NCBI GenBank assembly: GCA_041662205.1 | Contig: JBAZSZ010000002.1 | Location: 27,957-91,956 of the forward strand | Reading direction: 5' to 3' | Length of the DNA: 64,000 nt | Source of the DNA: Minisyncoccota bacterium | GTDB taxonomy: Bacteria > Patescibacteriota > Minisyncoccia > Phycocordibacterales > UBA9973 | Part shown: one piece after another, positions 56,510 through 64,000 of the stretch | Numbering within the stretch: the stretch's first letter is position 1 | Layout of the letters: each line of letters begins with the position of its first letter | The notes under the pieces: model-generated | Told to the model about the DNA's origin: nothing | Databases searched by the model: none | The model's input: only the letters and a program-made list of their open reading frames with translations | Position numbers and translations under genes: made by a program

Positions 56510-57686
56510 ATTTTATTCTTATGAATCTATGCTTACCGATCTTATAAGCTCCAGGAGATGCAATAATTTTAAAATCAGTAATTTTTTCTTCTCCATTTTC
56601 ACTAAGTCTTTTAACTGCCCCTCCGTCAACGAGTCTTCGCCACTCACTCATAGAAGCTACAATTTTTTTTAATACTAAAATTACACCAAGGTTACCTGAC
56701 CCTTTTATTTCTATTTCTTCCATTTCTTCTGGAATTTCCTTTTTTGAAAAGGTATTTATGAAGTTTTCTTGAGCTTCTTTGGCTTTTTTCTCCCCGTGAT
56801 AAATTTTCACAATCTCATGTGCAAGTCGCATCTTAGCATCACGCGGATTTATTTGTTTTATTTTTTCTATTTCAGACACTGAAACACGAGTACAAATTTC
56901 AAAAGCTAAATTAATTAATGAATCTGGCCAACTCATTATTTTTCCAAACATATTATCTGGAGCATCTGCCAAAGTGACCATATTGCCCTCACTCTTTCCC
57001 ATTTTTTTACCAGTTGGATCTACTAAAAGTTTCGTTGTTAAAACATATTTTTCTTTTCCTCGATTTTTCATCATCGTGCGACCGACAAGCATGTTGAAGG
57101 TTTGATCATTGCCACCGATTTCCATATCTACATTCATTGCAACTGAATCATAACCTTGCATTAGTGGATAAAAAAATTCATGCAAATAAATTGGTTGCCC
57201 TTCTTTCATTCTTTTTTCAAACATATCTCTTTCAATCATTTGTTGTAAGGTAAATTCAGAAGCAATCTCCATCCCTTCTTCAAAAGAAAGTTTGGAAAGC
57301 CATTTGCTGTTAAATTTAACTTGTACTTTTTTCATATCCAAAATTCTACCGGCTTGTTTGGTATATTGTTTTAGATTTTCTTTTATTTCTTTTACGGAAA
57401 GCTGTTTTCTGGTGGCTGTTTTATCAGTAGGATCACCTATCCTTCCAGTAAAGTCCCCAATGAGTAAAATTACTTTATGTCCCAAATCCTGCAATTCGCG
57501 CAATTTAAGAAGTGTAGCGCCATGTCCGATGTGAAGAGATGGTCCAGTAGGATCAATGCCATTGTAAATGGAAAGCATTTTACCAGACAAAAAAACTTTT
57601 TTTACTTCTTCTTTTGAAGGATAAACATTTTCTACACCACGATTTAGGGCGTCATCAATTTTCTTTTCATCTGTGACAACTTTCAT
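56508..57686 (-). CDS. tyrS: Tyrosine--tRNA ligase
   Basis: GIDPTGPSLHIGH, YPLMQGYD, GGNDQ, KMGKS; start placed at MKVVT. Confidence 0.97.
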   Translation of the reverse strand: MKVVTDEKKIDDALNRGVENVYPSKEEVKKVFLSGKMLSIYNGIDPTGPSLHIGHGATLLKLRELQDLGHKVILLIGDFTGRIGDPTDKTATRKQLSVKEIKENLKQYTKQAGRILDMKKVQVKFNSKWLSKLSFEEGMEIASEFTLQQMIERDMFEKRMKEGQPIYLHEFFYPLMQGYDSVAMNVDMEIGGNDQTFNMLVGRTMMKNRGKEKYVLTTKLLVDPTGKKMGKSEGNMVTLADAPDNMFGKIMSWPDSLINLAFEICTRVSVSEIEKIKQINPRDAKMRLAHEIVKIYHGEKKAKEAQENFINTFSKKEIPEEMEEIEIKGSGNLGVILVLKKIVASMSEWRRLVDGGAVKRLSENGEEKITDFKIIASPGAYKIGKHRFIRIK

Positions 57687-57726
57687 ATTTCTGGATTCTA
57701 CCACATTTTCTGCTATGATTAAAGAG

Positions 57727-60246
57727 ATGAAGAGATTTCGCATAAAAGACAAAAAAGTAAAGAATTTATTACTGCTTGGCGGAGGCCTTTTTGTTTTTGG
57801 GATTGGATTTGTTGTTGTGATGTTATCTTCTTTGAGTATTCCTGATTTTCATTCATTTGAAGAAAGAAAAATTATGAATTCTACCCAAATATATGACCGC
57901 ACAGGGGAAATTTTACTTTACGATATTCACCAAAACATAAAAAGAACCGAAGTGCCTTTTGAGCAAATGGGTTCAAATATAAAAAATGCGACTGTGGCCA
58001 TCGAAGATGCTGAATTTTACACTCACGGTGGAATCAAAATAACTTCTACCATCCGAGCTCTTTTTTCTAATTTATTTCATATTGGGGTAGGTGGTGGTGG
58101 TTCGACCATAACTCAGCAATTAGTAAAAAATACTCTTTTAACAACAAAAAGAAGTTATATTAGAAAAATAAAAGAATGGGTTTTGGCAATTAAAATAGAC
58201 AACTCTATGTCTAAAGATAAAATCCTAGAAGCTTATTTAAATGAAATTCCCTATGGAGGAACTATTTATGGCATAGAAACTGCAAGTAAAACTTACTTCA
58301 ATAAAAAAGCATCTGATTTAACGCTAGCTGAAGCAGCGTATTTGGCATCTATCCCAAATTCTCCAACAAAACTTTCTCCGTACGGAAAAAATAGAGTTAG
58401 TTTAGATGCAAGAAAAAATTTAGTATTATCTAGAATGCTAGACCTTAAATTCATCACCAAAGAAGAATATGGCCAAGCAAAAAGTGAAATAGTTACTTTT
58501 ATTCCACAAGCCATCTTGGGCATCAAGGCGCCACATTTTGTTTTTTGGATTAAAGATTATCTTGAACAAAAATATGGAACTGATGTAGTGGAAAACGGCG
58601 GGCTGAAAGTTACCACTACCATAGATACAGACCTACAAGACAAAGCTGAGCAAATTGTAAAAGATGGCGCATTCCAAAACGAAAAAGATTGGAACGGAAG
58701 CAATGCGGGATTAGTAGCGATAGACCCAAAAACAGGGCAAATTTTGACGATGGTCGGCTCTAGAGATTATTTTGATAAAAATATTGATGGTAATTTCAAC
58801 ATAGCGACAGCCAACAGACAGCCAGGGTCCTCTTTTAAGCCTTTTATTTACGCCACAGCCTTCAATAAGGGCTTTACCCCAGACACAGTACTATTTGACC
58901 TACCGACAGAATTTCAATCAACCTGTGATCCTTATGGAAAGGCTCTTCCTGGTCATAGCCAACAAGATTGTTATAAGCCCGACAATTATGATGGAAAATT
59001 TCGTGGACCACTGAGCCTGCGGGATGCACTAGCACAATCAATAAACATTGTCGCAGTAAAACTTTTCTATTTAGCTGGACTTTCTGATTCATTAAAAACA
59101 GCAAAAGATATGGGGATCACTTCTCTAAAAGATATTAATCAATATGGTCTCACTCTCGTTATTGGGGGTGGAGAAGTTTCACTTTTGGATATAACGGGGG
59201 CTTATGGAGTTTTTGCAAATGATGGAGTTAAAAATCCTTATACCGGGATTTTAAAAGTGGAAGACTCTCGCGGAAAAGTTTTAGAAGAATTTCAGCCCAG
59301 AACACAAGAAATCCTACCTAAAAACACCGCTTTAATTGTTTCAGATATTCTTTCTGATGAAAAAGCTCGTGAGCCAACTTTTGGAGTGCATTCTGTTTTA
59401 TATATTCCCAATAAAGATGTGGCTGTAAAAACTGGAACGACAAATAATAATAAAGATGCTTGGACTATTGGGTACTCTCCTTCAATCGTCGTCGGTGTTT
59501 GGGCTGGAAATAATGACAACAAACCAATGAAAAAGGGTGGTGTGTCAGTAGCAGGACCGATTTGGAATAAATTTATAAATGAAGCCCTGAAAAAAATGCC
59601 TGTTGAAAGTTTTGAGAAACCAGATCTAGTAACTGATCCAACTAAAGTAAAACCAATTCTTCGTGGACAATGGCTCGGAAATGAAAACTTTTTTATAGAT
59701 AAAATCTCTGGGCTCTTGGCAACTACTTTTACACCAAAAGAAACCTTGCAAGAAAAAGTAATAACAAATGTACATTCAATTTTATACTGGGTGGATCGAA
59801 GTGATATTTTAGGGGAAGCTCCTCTGGGGGGAGGAGATAATAACTCTCAATTTAATCACTGGGAAATACCAGTACAAAACTGGTGGGCACAAAATAAAGG
59901 AAAATATCCAACAACGACTTGGAATGAAAAACCAAATGAATCAGACAACGTACATACCCCCTCATCAAAACCAATAATCTCAATTCTTGAACCAAATAAT
60001 ACAAATACCTACTCCCTTGATCAAAAAATAAATTTAAGGATCTTAAGTTCTGGAATTTTTCCTTTACAAAAAATGGATATTTTTATAAATGGAGTGTATT
60101 TAGAAACAGTAAAATCTCCTTTTAACTTTTCTTTTACGCCCAAGGAGTTGGGAACCATCCAAAATGATAATGAGTTAAAAATAATCTCTTATGATACTAT
60201 TTTTAATAACAGTGAAACTAATTTAATTTTTAAAGTAAGCCAGTAG
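57727..60246 (+). CDS. Class A penicillin-binding protein (PBP1A family)
   Basis: AIEDAEF, GGSTITQQLVKN, RKIKE, GSSFK, SIN, KTGT; start placed at MKRFR. Confidence 0.95.
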   Translation: MKRFRIKDKKVKNLLLLGGGLFVFGIGFVVVMLSSLSIPDFHSFEERKIMNSTQIYDRTGEILLYDIHQNIKRTEVPFEQMGSNIKNATVAIEDAEFYTHGGIKITSTIRALFSNLFHIGVGGGGSTITQQLVKNTLLTTKRSYIRKIKEWVLAIKIDNSMSKDKILEAYLNEIPYGGTIYGIETASKTYFNKKASDLTLAEAAYLASIPNSPTKLSPYGKNRVSLDARKNLVLSRMLDLKFITKEEYGQAKSEIVTFIPQAILGIKAPHFVFWIKDYLEQKYGTDVVENGGLKVTTTIDTDLQDKAEQIVKDGAFQNEKDWNGSNAGLVAIDPKTGQILTMVGSRDYFDKNIDGNFNIATANRQPGSSFKPFIYATAFNKGFTPDTVLFDLPTEFQSTCDPYGKALPGHSQQDCYKPDNYDGKFRGPLSLRDALAQSINIVAVKLFYLAGLSDSLKTAKDMGITSLKDINQYGLTLVIGGGEVSLLDITGAYGVFANDGVKNPYTGILKVEDSRGKVLEEFQPRTQEILPKNTALIVSDILSDEKAREPTFGVHSVLYIPNKDVAVKTGTTNNNKDAWTIGYSPSIVVGVWAGNNDNKPMKKGGVSVAGPIWNKFINEALKKMPVESFEKPDLVTDPTKVKPILRGQWLGNENFFIDKISGLLATTFTPKETLQEKVITNVHSILYWVDRSDILGEAPLGGGDNNSQFNHWEIPVQNWWAQNKGKYPTTTWNEKPNESDNVHTPSSKPIISILEPNNTNTYSLDQKINLRILSSGIFPLQKMDIFINGVYLETVKSPFNFSFTPKELGTIQNDNELKIISYDTIFNNSETNLIFKVSQ

Positions 60247-60487
60247 GAGCCCTTTTACCAAAAGATGTTTCTAATTTTGATAGGATTTGCTCTTGTTTTA
60301 AAAAAACTTCGTTTTTATAAATTGGTTTAATATTTAAATAAATTATATTATTTTTTATTTGGATATCCTGAGATTTTATTTCTATTTTAATAATTTCAGA
60401 AATAGTTTTTCTAATCACTTCTTTTTTAGCTTCTTCTCCTAAAAGGATATGACTAAATCTAACCAATAAATCTTTAATCTCAATCAT
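60230..60487 (-). CDS. Hypothetical protein, possible DciA (DUF721)-like helicase loader
   Basis: Directly downstream of dnaN; IKNNIIYL...KNEVFLKQEQILSKL pattern. Confidence 0.5.
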   Translation of the reverse strand: MIEIKDLLVRFSHILLGEEAKKEVIRKTISEIIKIEIKSQDIQIKNNIIYLNIKPIYKNEVFLKQEQILSKLETSFGKRAPTGLL

Positions 60488-60488
60488 G

Positions 60489-61586
60489 CTATCTATTCAT
60501 CGGCATTATTAGATAAGTAAATGATGGGTCAGAAACAGGAGAAATAACCATAGGACGGGAAGCCCCAGATAATTTTATAGAAACACTATCGGTATTAATT
60601 GATTGGAAACAATCTAAAAAATACTTATAATTAAAACTTAATTCAACAATTTCCCCTTTAAGAACAGCGTCTAAATATGTTCTATTTTCTCCAATATCAT
60701 TATTAGCAGAGGAAAGTTCTAAAACTTTTTCTTTAGGTGAAATCTTTAAATTAACTTGATTAAATTTATCTGAAAAAATATTAGAAAGTTTTAACGCATT
60801 TAATAAATCTTGTTTGAGCACCACAGCATCCGTCAGTGAATCTTTTGGAATGATTTGTTTATAGTCTGGGAAAATTCCATCAATGATTCTTGAGGTTAAG
60901 TAAATATTATCAGAAGAAAAAGAAATTTGATTTTTATTAAAACAAACTTTTATAATACCTTTAAATTCTCCAAAAACTTTTAATATTTCTCCTATGTTTT
61001 TATATGGGATAAGAATCCCTAAAATTTCCTCAAGTCCTTTTACTTTAACTTTTTTTTCAGCCAACCTAAAAGAATCTGTGGAAACAAAAATTAAATTATC
61101 CTCATTGGTATAAACAAAAACACTCGAGATTTCAGGCTTAATATCTGAAACAGATGAGCTATAATAAACTGCTTTGATACCATCTATTAATTTAGATGAC
61201 TCTATTTCAAAACTACTTCCTGTAACTTTTGGTATTGTCGGAAAATCTTCATGAGGTTGGCTTTTGATTTTAATTTGGCTTTTTTTTGTTTTAATTAACA
61301 AATTACCGTCAATATTTTCAAAAAAAACATTTTCATTTTGAGAAACATTTGAAAAAACAGCATTTAAAATTAACCCTGAAACGGCAAGGGTCCCCTCTTT
61401 TTCTATTTTAGCTGGAATTTCAATTTCAATTCCAAGATTTAGATTAGTGGATCTAAGTTTCAATGAGTTATTAGAGGCAATCAATAAAATTGAACTTAAA
61501 ATTGGTAAAGTTAAATTTTTACCAGTAACCCTTTCTACTTGTGAAATAGCATTTTTTATTTTCTCCACAGAGCATTCTAGTTTCAT
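60489..61586 (-). CDS. dnaN: DNA polymerase III beta clamp
   Basis: LPILS, STDSFRLAE, GIFPDY, YLIMPM. Confidence 0.96.
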   Translation of the reverse strand: MKLECSVEKIKNAISQVERVTGKNLTLPILSSILLIASNNSLKLRSTNLNLGIEIEIPAKIEKEGTLAVSGLILNAVFSNVSQNENVFFENIDGNLLIKTKKSQIKIKSQPHEDFPTIPKVTGSSFEIESSKLIDGIKAVYYSSSVSDIKPEISSVFVYTNEDNLIFVSTDSFRLAEKKVKVKGLEEILGILIPYKNIGEILKVFGEFKGIIKVCFNKNQISFSSDNIYLTSRIIDGIFPDYKQIIPKDSLTDAVVLKQDLLNALKLSNIFSDKFNQVNLKISPKEKVLELSSANNDIGENRTYLDAVLKGEIVELSFNYKYFLDCFQSINTDSVSIKLSGASRPMVISPVSDPSFTYLIMPMNR

Positions 61587-61731
61587 ATGTTTATATTTTA
61601 TATATTTAAATTATTAATAATATTAAGTGTGTTAATAAGTGTATAAGTATTTTTAATGTTGTTTTTTGTTATTGTTTTTTTTAATTTTAATTTTAATTAA
61701 AGGCTAATAACTTTCTAATAACTATTTTAAA
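61587..61731. other. Probable oriC part (dnaA-dnaN intergenic)
   Basis: Very AT-rich; DnaA-box-like tgttaataa and agtgtataa at 61630-61646. Confidence 0.6.
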
Positions 61732-63069
61732 TTATTTAAACATAATTCTGATTTGTTCTAATTCTTGTATTAACTGTGGATCATTTTTTAAATCTTCTTT
61801 TATTTTTACACATGAATGCATCACTGTTGTATGGTCTTTTCCACCTAATTTTTGTCCTATAAGTGGATAAGAAACACTGAAATCTTCCCGAAGTAAATAC
61901 ATTATAATTTGTCTAGTTTTCACTATTTCTTTTTTTCTAGTTTTTTCATAAATAGAGTTTTCTTCTAATTTATAATATTCAGCCACAATTTTTACAACAT
62001 CTTTTATTGCCATATTCTTTTTTGGCTTCATATTGTTTTTTAATAGATTTTTAACTTCTGCAAGAGAAGGAGCCTTATTTTTTAAGCGATATTGGCAAAC
62101 AATAAGATTAAGACTGCCTTCGAGCTCACGAACATTTCCTTGGATTGATGTCGCAACATATTCTATTATATCCTCCTCAAGGACTATGTTGAGCTCACGA
62201 AGCCTCACTTTTATAATTGCGATACGAGACTCATATTCTGGTTCTATGACGTCTACGATCATTCCGGCAGCAAAACGGGATTTTAAACGATCAGCTAATT
62301 CTGGAATATAATTAGGATGCTTATCGGAAGAAAAAATAATTTGTTTGTTGTTTTCATAAAAAGTATTAAAGGTGTGGAAAAGTTCTTCCTGAATTTTTTC
62401 CATTTTACCAATAAATTGAATATCATCTATAATTAAAAGATCATACTTTCGATATTTTTCTTTAAAAGAATTTGCTTTATTGCTTTGAAGAGAGTTTATA
62501 AAATCTGTTGCAAACTTTTCTAAAGTCATATAATGTACTTTTTTATCAGGATGCTTGTCTTTTATTGAATTTCCTACAGCTTGAATTAAATGAGTTTTCC
62601 CAAGACCAGTACCACCGTAAATAAAAAATGGATTATATTTAGTTCCTGGTGATTCTATTATTGCTTGAGATGCGGCGTACGCGAGTTCATTAAAGGTTCC
62701 CACAATAAAGGAATTGAAATGATAGCGTGGATTTAGATTATTTTCTGGATTTATATATAAATCTCTCAAAGGCAGTTCTTTTTCAATAGTTTCACTTATT
62801 ATTACTTCTTGTTTAGAATTTTCTATTTTTGTAATAACATATTCCACAGCTCGCATATTTTCATAATTTTCGGCTATAGTTTTGGTTATGAGTTTATGGT
62901 ATTTATTTATAAGCCAATCCCGGACAAATTCATTTGGTACCCCTATATAAACAATCCCATTCTCTTCTTTTGCAATAGATGTGTTCTTAAACCAAGTACT
63001 AAAATTGGCTTTAGACATGTCAGACTCGATTCTCAGTAAGCAACTCTTCCACAATTGGTTTGTGTTCAT
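61732..63069 (-). CDS. dnaA: Chromosomal replication initiator DnaA
   Basis: YNPFFIYGGTGLGKTHL, IDDIQF, RLKSRF, GNVRELEG, GGKDHTTV. Confidence 0.98.
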   Translation of the reverse strand: MNTNQLWKSCLLRIESDMSKANFSTWFKNTSIAKEENGIVYIGVPNEFVRDWLINKYHKLITKTIAENYENMRAVEYVITKIENSKQEVIISETIEKELPLRDLYINPENNLNPRYHFNSFIVGTFNELAYAASQAIIESPGTKYNPFFIYGGTGLGKTHLIQAVGNSIKDKHPDKKVHYMTLEKFATDFINSLQSNKANSFKEKYRKYDLLIIDDIQFIGKMEKIQEELFHTFNTFYENNKQIIFSSDKHPNYIPELADRLKSRFAAGMIVDVIEPEYESRIAIIKVRLRELNIVLEEDIIEYVATSIQGNVRELEGSLNLIVCQYRLKNKAPSLAEVKNLLKNNMKPKKNMAIKDVVKIVAEYYKLEENSIYEKTRKKEIVKTRQIIMYLLREDFSVSYPLIGQKLGGKDHTTVMHSCVKIKEDLKNDPQLIQELEQIRIMFK

Positions 63070-63125
63070 AGTTTCATATTATACTATTAATAAAATAGAA
63101 GGCATCTTTTAAAGCTTATTAACTC

Positions 63126-63145
63126 TGTTGATAAGCTGTGGATAA
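63126..63145 (-). promoter_or_regulatory. Tandem DnaA boxes upstream of dnaA
   Basis: tgttgataa (one mismatch) and tgtggataa (perfect). Confidence 0.8.
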
Positions 63146-63152
63146 AAAACTT

Positions 63153-63226
63153 AACCTCTCCTAGCCTTCCCTTGTTAGGGGAGAAAGAATTCTGAAAGTC
63201 CCCTTGATAAGGGGGATTAGGGGGTT
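63153..63226. repeat. Double palindromic element related to the uvrC insert
   Basis: ccttcccttgttagggga and tccccttgataagggggattagggggtt. Confidence 0.65.
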
Positions 63227-63259
63227 GTATTTTTATATTTTTTATTATAGACTAACTTT

Positions 63260-63394
63260 ATGTCAGTTACATACCAACCTAAAAAAAGAAAAAGAGCAAG
63301 AGCCCATGGTTTTTTAGTTAGATCTAGAATAAAGACCGGAAAAAAGGTTCTAAAAAGAAGACGCCAAAAAGGTAGAAAAAAATTGGCGGTTTAA
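63260..63394 (+). CDS. rpmH: 50S ribosomal protein bL34 (not in the ORF track)
   Basis: [22 protein letters not shown]...[18 protein letters not shown]. Confidence 0.96.
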   Translation: MSVTYQPKKRKRARAHGFLVRSRIKTGKKVLKRRRQKGRKKLAV

Positions 63395-63396
63395 CC

Positions 63397-63720
63397 ATGC
63401 TACCTAAAAAGAATAGAGTAAACACCAAAGAAGTAGATAAAATCTTCAAGGAGGGTAGATTTCTTGTTTCTTCTAGTTTTACCTTTAAATACTTTAAAAG
63501 CGCCAATAAAGGGGTAAAAATTTCTTTTATAGCTCCAAAAAGTGTCGCCAAGCTCGCTGTTAAGAGGAATTTGCTACGACGTCGAGGATATACAGCTCTT
63601 GCCAAATATATAGATCAATTCCCTGCTGGGCTTATGGGGGTTTTTATATTTAAAAAATATCAAGACGATATTTCTATAATCAAAGATGAAATCAAGAACA
63701 TATTTAAAAAAATTAATTAG
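63397..63720 (+). CDS. rnpA: Ribonuclease P protein component
   Basis: MLPKKNR, AVKRNLLRR; follows rpmH. Confidence 0.9.
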   Translation: MLPKKNRVNTKEVDKIFKEGRFLVSSSFTFKYFKSANKGVKISFIAPKSVAKLAVKRNLLRRRGYTALAKYIDQFPAGLMGVFIFKKYQDDISIIKDEIKNIFKKIN

Positions 63721-63901
63721 TTTTTATCAAAAACATATTTCTATTTTCTTAAAACCAAGTTGTGTTTTTTATCCTTCTTGTTCAGAATATACAAAACAAG
63801 CAATAGAAAAATATGGTGTATTAAAAGGTATTTATTTAGGATTTTTGCGTATTTTGCGCTGTCATCCTTGGCAAAAGAACCATATAGATCCAGTGAAATA
63901 A
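63686..63901 (+). CDS. yidD: Membrane protein insertion efficiency factor YidD
   Basis: CVFYPSCSEY, RILRCHPW, DPV. Confidence 0.93.
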   Translation: MKSRTYLKKLISFYQKHISIFLKPSCVFYPSCSEYTKQAIEKYGVLKGIYLGFLRILRCHPWQKNHIDPVK

Positions 63902-64000
63902 CAGACGTCGGGCATCAGGATTCCTAGATGTTCGACGCTTTGAGAATAGCATTTTTTTACTTTTTCATATAGAATGAGGAAATGTTCTCATATATTTGGA

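Noticed and set aside
57673-57752. Head-to-head overlap of tyrS and PBP1A in the ORF track
   Set aside because: Artifact of longest-ORF starts; the likely starts at 57686 and 57727 do not overlap.
59811-59836. G-rich stretch in PBP1A (GEAPLGGG)
   Set aside because: Pairing is too weak and there is no second copy.
1-64000. Alternative genetic code (UGA read as Gly) or programmed frameshifts
   Set aside because: All conserved genes are full length in the standard code, and TGA ends ruvC and the pilO-like gene.

Overview
A low-GC chromosomal segment with the gene content of a Patescibacteria (CPR, Parcubacteria-like) genome. It runs up to the replication origin (dnaN-dnaA / rpmH-rnpA-yidD at 60.5-63.9 kb), and most genes point away from the origin. 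It holds housekeeping genes: thyA-folA, secE-nusG-rplK with no rplA, uvrABC, polA, ruvABC, mutM, a type IV pilus pilMNO/pilB set, a MacAB-type transporter, tyrS and PBP1A. It also has 7 tRNAs, a complete proB-proC-proA operon and a few accessory genes. No transposase, integrase, CRISPR array or rRNA was seen. The most striking unexplained signal is a set of 20-115 bp hairpin elements inserted in-frame in conserved genes (uvrB twice, uvrA, uvrC, polA, ruvC twice, a RluA-family gene) and at stop codons. Where two copies can be compared, the internal core is conserved while the long inverted arms differ at each locus and partly mirror the flanking host sequence, with no direct target duplication. 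Other leads are many apparently leaderless promoters, a 30-codon poly-Lys/poly-Pro ORF with a 15-nt 16S-complementary site, a candidate 140-nt ncRNA, a 42-aa acidic ORF, non-canonical tRNAs and a JAB-motif protein. All product calls come from motif recognition by eye; no searches were run.
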